64,000 bases of DNA from an uncultured Coriobacteriaceae bacterium (lineage in GTDB: Bacteria > Actinomycetota > Coriobacteriia > Coriobacteriales > QAMH01), in contig CAYSZR010000001.1 in the NCBI GenBank assembly GCA_964435565.1, positions 3,288 to 67,287 of the forward strand, given 5' to 3'. Of this stretch, positions 38,668 through 48,201 are shown piece after piece; the first letter of the stretch is position 1, and every line of letters starts with the position of its first letter. Below the pieces are notes generated by a model. That model ran no database searches, was not told the DNA's origin, and was given only the letters and a program-made list of their open reading frames with translations. A program made the translations under genes and the position numbers.

Positions 38668-40206
38668 ATGGAAATCCGCTATATCGACACACGTGGCAAC
38701 ACGACAGAGCCACTTGCATTTACCCAGGCGCTTCTCAAAGGCATTGCCCCGGGCGGCGGGCTGTTCGTCCCCGAACAGATTCCAAGGATGACTTTAGATG
38801 AAATCGTGGAACTTGCGGATATGACATATGCCCAGCGTGCTGCATTTGTCTATAAGCGCTTCGGTATAGATTTTGACGAAGCCCAGATCGACAGCCTCAT
38901 GCAGCGTATCTATGGCTCGAATTTTGACACGCCGGATATATGCCCGATTGTGCCTGTTGGCGACGGCATGCATGTCCTAGAGCTATGGCATGGTCCCACA
39001 AGCGCCTTTAAGGATATGGCATTGCAGTGTCTGCCCGTGTTCTTTTCAGCGAGCGTTGAGAAGCAGCGAAATGCGGGCGGCGAGGGCAACGACTATCTCA
39101 TTGCTGTTGCAACAAGCGGCGATACGGGAAAAGCAGCACTCGAAGGTTTTGCCGATCGCGACCATATCTCAATCATCGTCTTCTATCCAGATGGCGGCGT
39201 GAGCGATATCCAGTATAAGCAGATGGCAACGCAGAGGGGGGCTAACGTATGCGTATGCGGCGTGCGGGGCAATTTCGATGATTGCCAAACGAGCGTCAAG
39301 CACATGTTTGGTGACGACGCATTCAACGCGCGATTGTTGGCAGATCGCAACATAGCGCTTTCTTCGGCAAATTCCATTAACTGGGGCAGACTTTTGCCGC
39401 AAATCGTCTATTACATCAGCTCGTATGCCGTTATGGTTAAAGACGGGTCGGTTGTGGCGGGCAACTCCATCGATGTCACGGTTCCTACAGGGAATTTTGG
39501 AAACATTCTCGCATGCTGGTATGCAAAACAGATCGGTGTCCCCATTGACCGTATCGTGTGTGCAAGCAATACGAATCGCGTGCTTGCCGATTTCATCGAG
39601 ACGGGTGTATACGATATTGCAGACCGTCCCTTTGTCCTTACTCCGTCTCCTTCGATGGATATCCTGGTTTCGAGCAATCTTGAGCGGCAGCTCTTCGAGC
39701 TAACCGGCCGTGATCCGGAAATGATACGGACATGGATGTCAGACTTGCGTGATAAGGGACGCTTCGAAGTAGATGAGGAAACATTTGCGGCGCTTCAGTC
39801 CAACTATCGCGCGGGGTCTGTAGATAACGAGGCATGCCTGGAAACGATTCGGGAAGTTTTCGAAGACTATTCGTATCTGCTTGACCCGCATTCCGCTGTC
39901 GCCTGGAAGGTTGCGGTTGCGAACAAGAGCGACAATCCGATGCTTGTCGTCTCGACGGCGAATTGGGCGAAGTTTGGTGCGAACGTCTATCGGGGTCTTA
40001 CGGGAATCGACCCTGAAGCCCCACTTCCTGCAGAACTCGATGGCCTTACCGATGTCCAAATCAATCGTAAGATATACAGCATGACGCATGCCTGCCCCGT
40101 GCCACCGGCCCTCGATGAACTTGATGATAAACAAATACGATTTACGCAGGTCATCAATAGTGATGTGAAAGCAATTGAAGAGGCCGCCTTGGGTTTTGTC
40201 AAATAG
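38668..40206 (+). CDS. thrC: Threonine synthase (long form)
   Basis: MEIRYIDTRGN, PLP-lysine motif GPTSAFKDMALQ, ATSGDTGKAA. Start at ATG 38668 after GGAG. Confidence 0.9.
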   Translation: MEIRYIDTRGNTTEPLAFTQALLKGIAPGGGLFVPEQIPRMTLDEIVELADMTYAQRAAFVYKRFGIDFDEAQIDSLMQRIYGSNFDTPDICPIVPVGDGMHVLELWHGPTSAFKDMALQCLPVFFSASVEKQRNAGGEGNDYLIAVATSGDTGKAALEGFADRDHISIIVFYPDGGVSDIQYKQMATQRGANVCVCGVRGNFDDCQTSVKHMFGDDAFNARLLADRNIALSSANSINWGRLLPQIVYYISSYAVMVKDGSVVAGNSIDVTVPTGNFGNILACWYAKQIGVPIDRIVCASNTNRVLADFIETGVYDIADRPFVLTPSPSMDILVSSNLERQLFELTGRDPEMIRTWMSDLRDKGRFEVDEETFAALQSNYRAGSVDNEACLETIREVFEDYSYLLDPHSAVAWKVAVANKSDNPMLVVSTANWAKFGANVYRGLTGIDPEAPLPAELDGLTDVQINRKIYSMTHACPVPPALDELDDKQIRFTQVINSDVKAIEEAALGFVK

Positions 40207-40333
40207 GCCGGGGGAGTGGTTCATTCCGTTGGATTCCTGCGTTTTTTCATAGCTTAATCTTGCTAAATGATAAAGAATTTGCTATTTCTATTGCGAGGGA
40301 TTTTATAAGGCAACACTGACGGAGGAACTTGCT

Positions 40334-40684
40334 ATGGTAGATAGGAAGAATCTCCATGCGCAGGTAAAACTTATGGTCACTGCATCTGAAGACCGTAAGG
40401 GCCCAACCTTTGGTAAAGGCGCGGCAACCTTGCTTCATGGTATCGAAGACAATGGTTCATTGAACAAGACCGCCAAGAACCTGCACATGGCCTATAGCAA
40501 GGCATGGAGCATGATCAAGAAGGTTGAAGAGGGTCTTGGATTTCAGCTTATCGATCGCTATGGGGCACGCGGTTCCAAGCTTACCGATGACGGACGTGAG
40601 TTTTTGAAACTCTATGATGCCTATGAAAAGAAGATTGAAACCTATGCGGAAAAATCCTTTAGGGAGATTTTCAAAGATTTCTAG
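40334..40684 (+). CDS. ModE-N-terminal-like winged-helix (LysR-type HTH) regulator
   Basis: LLHGIEDNGSLNKTAKNLHMAYSKAWSMIKKVEEGLGFQLIDR..GARGSKLTDDG resembles the ModE N-domain. No Mop domains are present. Confidence 0.68.
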   Translation: MVDRKNLHAQVKLMVTASEDRKGPTFGKGAATLLHGIEDNGSLNKTAKNLHMAYSKAWSMIKKVEEGLGFQLIDRYGARGSKLTDDGREFLKLYDAYEKKIETYAEKSFREIFKDF

Positions 40685-40705
40685 CGTTTCATATACACTA
40701 GTGCC

Positions 40706-40745
40706 AAATGGGGCCTGCTTCTTTTTGAAGATGCAGGCCCCATTT
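40706..40745. terminator. Bidirectional terminator between convergent modE-like and pknB genes
   Basis: Perfect inverted repeat AAATGGGGCCTGC ... GCAGGCCCCATTT with A/T runs on both sides. Confidence 0.75.
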
Positions 40746-40762
40746 ACTATCTCTTGCCGACT

Positions 40763-42664
40763 TTAGTTCGACTTGCTCGAGCTCGATCCAGATCCCGTGC
40801 CGACAACAATGGTAATGGTGTCGCCCTTGTACGCGGAAGACGGGTAATAGCTGATGACTTCGTTTTTAGTGCCTGAACCAGACTCAACGTTGACGCTGAA
40901 TCCGCTCGATCTAAGCGTGCTCGTTGCTTCTGATTCCGAGTAGCCGACAACGTTGGGCACTGTTACCTGCGAAGGAGAGCTCGCAATGCTCAAGACGATC
41001 GTGGTTCCTTGAGCGACTTGAGTGCCGGAGGCGATACTTTGTGCGCACACCGAACCAGCTCCGACCTCTTGGCTTTCTGCAGTTTTCGTCTGAACGACTA
41101 AGCCGAGTTTTTCAAGAGTGGCAACAGCGTCGTCCTCATCGATACCAACCATGTTGGGAACCTGAACGTTTTGCGTTTTCTTGCCTGTCGACACAGTGTA
41201 GGTGATTGTGCTGCCGGCAGCCACTTGCGTGTTCGCGCTTGGATCTTGTGCGAAAATCTTGCCAGATTCATAGCTGTCACTGCTGTCTTGCTTTGAAGAG
41301 CCCTTGAGCCCGACGGCAGAAAGCTGCTGTTCGGCTTCAGAGGCCGTCAACCCCATGAGGTTTGGTACAGAAACCTTCTCGCCGTTCGTTTTTCCGGTTG
41401 AGACAACAAGATTAACCGACGCTCCTGATGAGGCAGAAGAGTTTGCCTCGGGATCCTGGCTAATGACATTGCCCTTATCTACGGAATCGCTTGTGTTGTA
41501 TTGGAGCTTGCCGACTTTGAGGCCGGATTGCTGTAGAGTCGCACGCGCCTGTGTCTCGGTTTGTCCTACAACGTTTGGAACAGTTACCTTAGAGCCGATG
41601 AGTCCAGTGCTCGATGCGACGAAATATCCGATGCCGATGAGAGCGATTATCAAGACGATCGCAATAATCACGTTTTTGGTCTTGCGCTTTTTCTGAGGCT
41701 GGGGCCTGGAAGCCTCTTGAGGATTGTTGAGCACGGTTGTTTGCCCAGATGCCGGCATAACGGTTGTTTGGCCAGCGCCGTTGCCGTATGCTGCGGTTGC
41801 TCCGGCAGCCGCATAATTACGATTGATGACCTGCGTCTCTGCAGCAGCGCGTCCTTGCAGGTAGTCATCGATGGCACGCTGCATTTCCTTTGCCGTCGAA
41901 TAGCGGTCTTCGGGGTTTTTCTCGAGCGCACGCATGATGATTGCTTCGAAAGCAGGATCGATATTGGGATTGATCTGACGTGGAGCAACAGGGTATTCGC
42001 TCACTTGCTTCATGGCAACGGAGACAACATCGGGACCATCGAAGGGAAGCTGGCCGGTTGCCGCTTCATAGAGCACGACGCCCAATGAATACAGATCGCT
42101 TGCCGGCGTGAGCCTTCTGCCCTGCGCCTGCTCGGGGCTCACGTAATGAGCGGTTCCCAGTACGGACGAATCCTGCGTCATGCCGGGGCGGCCCGCTTGC
42201 GCAATGCCAAAGTCCATGACTTTCACATTGCCATCGCCTTGTACCATGATGTTTGCGGACTTGATATCGCGGTGAATGATGTCGTATCCATGGGCGACTG
42301 AAAGCGCAGAGCAGACCTGTGAGCCTATTTCGGCCACCTTGCGTGGATGAATACCGCCACGTTGTTGGATGGCCGTCTTCAGATCGGTGCCACGCACGTA
42401 TTCCATGACGATGTAATACGAATCGCCATCTTTACCCCAATCGTAGATATTCACGATATAGGGGCTGCTTAGGTTAGCGGCTGCTTGTGCCTCTTGGCGA
42501 AAACGCGCTGCAAAATTTGGATCACGTGCGTACTGCGGCAGCATGACTTTGACGGCAACGGTCCTGCCAAGCGTGGAATCGGTGGCCTTATAGACTTCAG
42601 CCATGCCGCCCATGCCGATTCTTTCTGTGACCTGGTAGCGGTTTCCGAATGTGCGATTAGCCAC
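40763..42664 (-). CDS. pknB: Ser/Thr protein kinase with four PASTA domains
   Basis: Hanks kinase motifs (GMGGMAEVY, VAVK, HRDIKSANIM, DFGIA, SPEQ), one TM, then four roughly 65-aa PASTA repeats (V.VPN..G). GTG start after AGGAG. Confidence 0.9.
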   Translation of the reverse strand: MANRTFGNRYQVTERIGMGGMAEVYKATDSTLGRTVAVKVMLPQYARDPNFAARFRQEAQAAANLSSPYIVNIYDWGKDGDSYYIVMEYVRGTDLKTAIQQRGGIHPRKVAEIGSQVCSALSVAHGYDIIHRDIKSANIMVQGDGNVKVMDFGIAQAGRPGMTQDSSVLGTAHYVSPEQAQGRRLTPASDLYSLGVVLYEAATGQLPFDGPDVVSVAMKQVSEYPVAPRQINPNIDPAFEAIIMRALEKNPEDRYSTAKEMQRAIDDYLQGRAAAETQVINRNYAAAGATAAYGNGAGQTTVMPASGQTTVLNNPQEASRPQPQKKRKTKNVIIAIVLIIALIGIGYFVASSTGLIGSKVTVPNVVGQTETQARATLQQSGLKVGKLQYNTSDSVDKGNVISQDPEANSSASSGASVNLVVSTGKTNGEKVSVPNLMGLTASEAEQQLSAVGLKGSSKQDSSDSYESGKIFAQDPSANTQVAAGSTITYTVSTGKKTQNVQVPNMVGIDEDDAVATLEKLGLVVQTKTAESQEVGAGSVCAQSIASGTQVAQGTTIVLSIASSPSQVTVPNVVGYSESEATSTLRSSGFSVNVESGSGTKNEVISYYPSSAYKGDTITIVVGTGSGSSSSKSN

Positions 42665-42781
42665 GTTTATACTCCTGTCGCTTATGATACGAAATTGTGC
42701 ATCCGTATCTATCAGGCAATTTTACCAATGTAAGACGCTCAATGCGTACATCATGTAGAAAAAGTATGCCCGTTCTCATAT

Positions 42782-45547
42782 TTACAGCGCCCCTAATCTA
42801 CTTAAGGCGGCATTGAATACGTTTGATGCTTTGGGTGCGGCAACGTCACCGCCGCTGTCACCTTGTTCGATGATGATGGCGACGGTTACACTTTTGCCAT
42901 TTGCTTCCGCCGTGCCCACAAACCAAGCATCGGAATTTGCTTTTCCAGTTTCAGCCGTTCCTGTTTTGCCGATAACGTTTGCGCCGTCGACTTGTGCTTG
43001 TGTACCCGTGCCACTTGTAACGACGGTCGAAAGGATCTCTCGTTCGGTCTGGGCGGTTTTCTCAGAAATGACCTGTCCAAGAATCTGAGGTTGCGTCTGG
43101 TACGTGGTTGCCCCAGAAGCGGAAACGACTTTTTGGATTATGTAGGGATGCACGGCGACCCCGTTATTTGCAATGGCTGACATGCAGACTGCCATCTGCA
43201 TGACCGTTGCTTGGGGACCTGCGGGGCTTTGATGCTCTCCGACGGGCTGTCCAACGCCGGCCCAGGCGGTTTCCCATTGGGTCATTTCGGCTGGATCGGG
43301 CATGAGCGAGGTGCTGAGGCTGAAGTCCAGCGCTAGCGAGCTGTTGTTAAAGCCGAATTTCTTGGCATACGAGACAAGAGCCTCAGAGCCAAGATCATCG
43401 GCTATCTGCGCGAATGCGGTATTCGAAGAAAGCGCGGTCGCTTCTTCGACTGTGGTATTGCCGTATGCGTGGCTATGGTAGTTGGTGATACTGGCGTTGC
43501 CTATGCTTATGGAGCTGGGCGACGAATAGACGGTACTGGCTTTGACCGTGCCCGTGTCGAGCGCCCCTGCCAGGGTGACTATCTTAAAAGTCGAGCCAGG
43601 GGCGTATAGGGTTTGGGTTGCACGATTGACCAGATCACCGTCAGAGTTGCTGTTTTTGATGACGCTTTCCACATTGTTGTTGTCATAGGTGGGCGAAGAG
43701 GCTTCGGCAAGCACTGCTCCCGTCGAGGTATCGAGCACTACACAGGCGCCTTTTTGTCCGGCGATCGACGCTTCTGCTGCCTGTTGTATCTGAGAGTCCA
43801 ACGTTACGACAACATCGTTGCCTTGAGGTTTTTCTCCCGCATATGAGCGAATCGCATCGCCAATCGTTTCGAAATGCTCTTGACCGACAAGTGTCGTGCC
43901 CATCGAGTTTTCGACTCCGGTGCTCCCATAACGCTGGGACGAGTAGCCAATGGCATGTGATGCAAGCGTGCCCTGAGGGTACGTGCGCTTGTATGTGCCG
44001 TCTGATTGCAGGACGGATTGGGCGAGCACGACATTGTCTGATGTGAGAATTGCCCCGCGTTGTTGTTGGGCGATGCGCTGCAGCGTATGGTTATTGCCGT
44101 TCATGTCTTGAATCTCGTTGGCGCGTACGGCCTGGATGAACGTGAGGTTGGCAATAAGTCCTGCAAATAACAAGGCGAAAATGGCAATAAGCCAGGTCAG
44201 GCGTTTTCCAAGGGCGCTACGTCCCAAAACTCCGGTTTCCCCGGGTTTTTTAAAGGAGGTGGTGCTCGTCATTTCGGTTTGCAGGCCAGTTCCCTCGTTG
44301 CCGGCGCACAAGAGCAAGCCGACGATGATGAAACTCGAAAGCAAAGATGAGCCGCCTTGGCTCATGAAGGGCAGTGTCAGCCCCGTCAGGGGGATAAAAC
44401 CCGTTACGCCACCAATGATGATGAAGGCCTGCAGGCATATAGATGTGGTAAGACCAACTGCAGTAAATGCAGCCATGTCGCTTTTTGCCCGAGCTGCGAT
44501 AAGAAAGCCACGGACAGCAAAGAGCATGAAGAGGAATATGACGCCTGATGCTCCGAGCAAGCCAAGCTCTTCGCCTATGGCCGAAAAGATAAAGTCACTT
44601 TGGACTTCGGGGATGTACGTGGGCATTCCTCGGCCGATTCCCGTGCCGAAAAGTCCGCCGTCAGCAAGCGAGTAAAGGGATTGGACGAGCTGGTATCCAG
44701 AACCGCTTGGGTCCGAAAAAGGACTGAGCCAGATTGCGATACGCGTTTGAACGTGTGAGAAGACCTTGTAGAGTCCAAAACCGCCCAATGCGACAAGGCC
44801 GACACCGATTATCACGTACGAAAGACGGCCCGTGCATACATAGATCATCACAAGGAATATGCCAAAGAACAGCAAGGCGCTGCCAAGGTCACGTTCGAAG
44901 ACGACGATGAGCATGGCGATAACCCACATGGCGATAAGAGGAATGAGCGCTCGGAAATCGGGATACTTAAGGCCGATGCGGCTGCGTCGCATGACACTGA
45001 GCAGCTCACGGTTATCCGTCAGATATGCAGCGAGAAATAAGACAATAAGGATTTTGGCGATCTCACCAGGCTGAAATGACATACCGGCTATGGAGAGCCA
45101 GATGCGCGATCCGTTGTACTCGACACCAATGAATGGCGTGATGGGCAGCAGAAGAAGAAGCAGGCCGAAAAGAAGGCATGTGTATTTGTAGCGCCCAAGT
45201 CGCTCGACGCTCGGTACAAGGATAATCGTTGCGATCATGAGGGCGATTCCGGCAAAGAGCCAGACAATCTGCCGGCCTGCGGTGTCGGGTGCAAGTCTTA
45301 GGACGAAGCAGATGCCAATCCCACATAGTAAAAACGCGATGGGCAGCAGGGCGGGATCTGCGTTGGGGGCAAATTTCCTCAACGCGATATGTGCAATGAC
45401 AAAACTAGCGACTAGGGCGATGGGTACTGCGAATGAGTTGAACGTCAGTGGGGTATTGGCATTGACGAGCAGCATTAAGAACAGCAATAACAGCACGGGC
45501 GTTGCCGCTATGAGGAGCCATAATTCTGTTGCACGGCGTGAGCGCAT
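42782..45547 (-). CDS. Fused SEDS glycosyltransferase (RodA/FtsW) - class B penicillin-binding protein
   Basis: Residues about 1-425 form a SEDS polytopic domain (FQPGEIAKILIVLFLAAYL; LPFMSQGGSSLLSSF). Next comes a TM anchor, LTWLIAIFALLFAGLIANLTFI. The transpeptidase carries STFK, SSN and KTGTA. It is a single uninterrupted 921-codon ORF. Confidence 0.85.
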   Translation of the reverse strand: MRSRRATELWLLIAATPVLLLLFLMLLVNANTPLTFNSFAVPIALVASFVIAHIALRKFAPNADPALLPIAFLLCGIGICFVLRLAPDTAGRQIVWLFAGIALMIATIILVPSVERLGRYKYTCLLFGLLLLLLPITPFIGVEYNGSRIWLSIAGMSFQPGEIAKILIVLFLAAYLTDNRELLSVMRRSRIGLKYPDFRALIPLIAMWVIAMLIVVFERDLGSALLFFGIFLVMIYVCTGRLSYVIIGVGLVALGGFGLYKVFSHVQTRIAIWLSPFSDPSGSGYQLVQSLYSLADGGLFGTGIGRGMPTYIPEVQSDFIFSAIGEELGLLGASGVIFLFMLFAVRGFLIAARAKSDMAAFTAVGLTTSICLQAFIIIGGVTGFIPLTGLTLPFMSQGGSSLLSSFIIVGLLLCAGNEGTGLQTEMTSTTSFKKPGETGVLGRSALGKRLTWLIAIFALLFAGLIANLTFIQAVRANEIQDMNGNNHTLQRIAQQQRGAILTSDNVVLAQSVLQSDGTYKRTYPQGTLASHAIGYSSQRYGSTGVENSMGTTLVGQEHFETIGDAIRSYAGEKPQGNDVVVTLDSQIQQAAEASIAGQKGACVVLDTSTGAVLAEASSPTYDNNNVESVIKNSNSDGDLVNRATQTLYAPGSTFKIVTLAGALDTGTVKASTVYSSPSSISIGNASITNYHSHAYGNTTVEEATALSSNTAFAQIADDLGSEALVSYAKKFGFNNSSLALDFSLSTSLMPDPAEMTQWETAWAGVGQPVGEHQSPAGPQATVMQMAVCMSAIANNGVAVHPYIIQKVVSASGATTYQTQPQILGQVISEKTAQTEREILSTVVTSGTGTQAQVDGANVIGKTGTAETGKANSDAWFVGTAEANGKSVTVAIIIEQGDSGGDVAAPKASNVFNAALSRLGAL

Positions 45548-45551
45548 CTGT

Positions 45552-46823
45552 TTAGTTCTGCCCGCTTTCCTGGTTGATTGTTATGCCTGTGGATGAAGAT
45601 GTTGCTTTTTGGCTGGCTGAAGCAGCTGCAGAGCTATTCACGTTGTTTTGCACTGTTCGGGCATCGCCAGTTGTCTGGCGGTATTCAGAAAGCAGCGAAT
45701 TGGCTTCATCTATCGAGTTGACTGAAATACCGTTTGCCAGGCGATTTTGGGTGGTCGGGCTCAGCTTGCTCACATCTATATCGGACGCTTCTTCTTCAAG
45801 CCACGAGACGGAAAGTGTGCCTATATGTCCGGGCAAGCCGCGATAGACGTTGACCACGCCGTTTTCAACGATGAGGTAATACGAGTTTTGGGCGTACGTG
45901 TAAAAGCCAAATCCGGCAGCAGCCAAAATCAATACGAATGCAACCGCCCAGATAAGAGGGGCAAAACGTCCCTTTCGTTTTCTTTTTTTGATGACGGGCA
46001 AAGGAGTGCCCGAATCGGGTTTGCTCACCGGTTTGCCGACGACGCGTTCTTCAACAAAATCGCCTTTGTCTATGACGGCTTCTTCAGGTGGTTCGCCCAA
46101 CGGGTCTATGACGATGACGGAGACATTATCAAGGCCGCCCGCGGCAAGGGCCTCGTCAACAAGGGCATCACACGCCTGTGCGGGTTCTGGATTTGCCACT
46201 AGGAGCGTTTCAATAGTTGCATCTGTGATCATCGAGCTTAGGCCGTCTGAACAAAGCAGAAGGCGGTCGCCCATTTCGACATTGATGGTATAGAGGTCTG
46301 GCTGCATCTGTGAATCGCTTCCCAATGCGCGCGTGATTACAGAGCGCTGGGGGTGGAAGCGAGCTTCAGCTTCGGTCAAGCGGCCTTGTTCGATAAGGTC
46401 TGCTACGAGCGAATGATCTCGGGTTATGCGATGGAGCGTGTTGTCATGTAGCAAGTACGCCCGCGAGTCGCCGACCTGAGCGACGATCACCTCATGGTCG
46501 AAGATGAGTGCCGAAGTCAGCGTTGTTCCCATGCCCGGCTTGCCCGTGCCGTCTTCAGCGCCGCGCAATACCGCTGCGTTTGCTTCGATTACGGCTGACA
46601 TAAGCTCTTCTGCATTGGGGCCCTTCGGGATGAGGGAATCCATGGTGTCGATGGCGATCTTGCTCGCCACTTCTCCCGCCTCATGTCCACCCATGCCGTC
46701 TGCAATGACAAAGAGGGGGGATTTTGCCAGATAGCTATCTTCATTGTGTTCGCGTACGCTGCCGACGTCAGTGCGTGCGGCATACGAACGAGGCGTATGC
46801 GCCTTGGTAAAGTTGAAGCTCAT
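45552..46823 (-). CDS. pstP: PP2C-family Ser/Thr phosphatase (PstP-like), membrane anchored
   Basis: RTDVGSVREHNEDS, ADGMGGHEAGEVAS, SDGL, DNVSVIV. One TM (FAPLIWAVAFVLILAAAGFGFY) plus an extracellular tail. Confidence 0.9.
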   Translation of the reverse strand: MSFNFTKAHTPRSYAARTDVGSVREHNEDSYLAKSPLFVIADGMGGHEAGEVASKIAIDTMDSLIPKGPNAEELMSAVIEANAAVLRGAEDGTGKPGMGTTLTSALIFDHEVIVAQVGDSRAYLLHDNTLHRITRDHSLVADLIEQGRLTEAEARFHPQRSVITRALGSDSQMQPDLYTINVEMGDRLLLCSDGLSSMITDATIETLLVANPEPAQACDALVDEALAAGGLDNVSVIVIDPLGEPPEEAVIDKGDFVEERVVGKPVSKPDSGTPLPVIKKRKRKGRFAPLIWAVAFVLILAAAGFGFYTYAQNSYYLIVENGVVNVYRGLPGHIGTLSVSWLEEEASDIDVSKLSPTTQNRLANGISVNSIDEANSLLSEYRQTTGDARTVQNNVNSSAAASASQKATSSSTGITINQESGQN

Positions 46824-47233
46824 TGACGACCAATCTTAATATCGACGTTGCCGATGGTTACTATGTCGCCTGCTGAGCAAGCGACTTGGTTCGTGACAGG
46901 GTGCCCGTTGAGCAATGTGCCATTGGTGGAATTCAAGTCCTCGACCATAAGACTTGTTCCTTCTAGAGTGAAACGCGCGTGACGGGCCGAAACATAGTCG
47001 GTTGGTATGACAATGTCGGCGCCAGGCGCACGCCCGATAACAATGGGCCCCGCAATGGTGAGACGGACTCCTTTGAGTGCTCGAGGCCCTTTCTCAACAT
47101 TCAAGGTCCACGTTTTTTCCTTTTTGTTCTGGCCACGCACAAGCCCGACGCCTGTTCTGACAACGAAGAAAAGAAACAGGTACAGCAGCGCGACAAGAAG
47201 CAGACGACCGGCTAGCAGCAGAAGATCAACCAT
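46820..47233 (-). CDS. fhaB: FHA-domain protein FhaB/FipA-like
   Basis: N-terminal TM and a C-terminal FHA domain (IVIGRAPGADIVIPTDYVSARHARF...DLNSTNGTLLNG). Confidence 0.8.
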   Translation of the reverse strand: MVDLLLLAGRLLLVALLYLFLFFVVRTGVGLVRGQNKKEKTWTLNVEKGPRALKGVRLTIAGPIVIGRAPGADIVIPTDYVSARHARFTLEGTSLMVEDLNSTNGTLLNGHPVTNQVACSAGDIVTIGNVDIKIGRQ

Positions 47234-47239
47234 GCTCGC

Positions 47240-48199
47240 CTAGCCCTCCTGAAACTCGAGTTGCGTTGTTCCAAGATCGATGATGTCGCCATCGTAGATG
47301 CGGGATTGTGTTGTGACGACCCCGTTTATCACCAGGCCATTCGTGGAGCCTGTGTCGCGGATAAGCCAGCCGGAGTCGTTGTGCAGAATTTCTGCATGAC
47401 GTCTCGAAACGCTCGGGTCGGGAATGACGACATCACAGTTAGTCTCACGTCCGATGATGGTGCGGTCGTTGCGCATCTGATAATGCTTTTTTGTCTGGAA
47501 GCTATAAAGAACGGCTTGGGGCTGCTCGATTATAGCGTCATTGAGCATAACTGTTCGTTCAGCGGCGGGCTGAGGGATAGGCTCGAGCTCGCTTTCTTCA
47601 AATGGAGTCGCCTCGGGCTGTGCGGGCGGCATTTCCTCGGGAGGATATGCGCGGGGCGCCTGCTGTTGCGCGCGAGGATTCAAACGCGGGCCGGGTTCGT
47701 GGCGAAAAACGGGTTCTGGCTCTGGTTCGGGTTCAGGCTCGTCATAATATCCAAAATCATCGGCACCGTCGTTGAAATCGCCTTCGATACCGTAGCGGAT
47801 CATCTCCTCATGGCGCAGCTCGCTGATAATCGCAGGACTGACGCTTTCTGCAATGACATCGAACTTGCCACGTTTGAGACCGTCATCGACTATGAAACGA
47901 ACTAGCGGTGGACAATCGAACACCAGCCCACCTTGAGAGCCCTGACCGCTCAAGTAGGTCTCAACTTCGCCAGCAAGCGATGGGTAATAGCCGCTCATCG
48001 CAGCATCGTCTTCGGGTGAAACAAGAATGTTATAGAGTGTCGGCGCGTATTCATGGCCTACGCCAACCATTTTCTCGCGCTCCATTTCCTTACAGGCGCG
48101 TTTTGCGAGCTTTACGGGCTCGATGCCACCGCGCCCCCGGCCTCCGGAGCCTTCGATGACGTCTTCGGCTTTATTTTCGAATCGTGAAAACATGCCCAT
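47240..48199 (-). CDS. fhaA: FhaA-like protein (DUF3662 N-domain + FHA)
   Basis: N-terminal MGMFSRFENKAEDVIEG...PVKLAKR, a Pro/Glu-rich linker, and a C-terminal FHA domain (TIIGRETNCDVVIPDPSVSRRHAEI...DTGSTNGLVINGV). Confidence 0.82.
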   Translation of the reverse strand: MGMFSRFENKAEDVIEGSGGRGRGGIEPVKLAKRACKEMEREKMVGVGHEYAPTLYNILVSPEDDAAMSGYYPSLAGEVETYLSGQGSQGGLVFDCPPLVRFIVDDGLKRGKFDVIAESVSPAIISELRHEEMIRYGIEGDFNDGADDFGYYDEPEPEPEPEPVFRHEPGPRLNPRAQQQAPRAYPPEEMPPAQPEATPFEESELEPIPQPAAERTVMLNDAIIEQPQAVLYSFQTKKHYQMRNDRTIIGRETNCDVVIPDPSVSRRHAEILHNDSGWLIRDTGSTNGLVINGVVTTQSRIYDGDIIDLGTTQLEFQEG

Positions 48200-48201
48200 T
48201 A

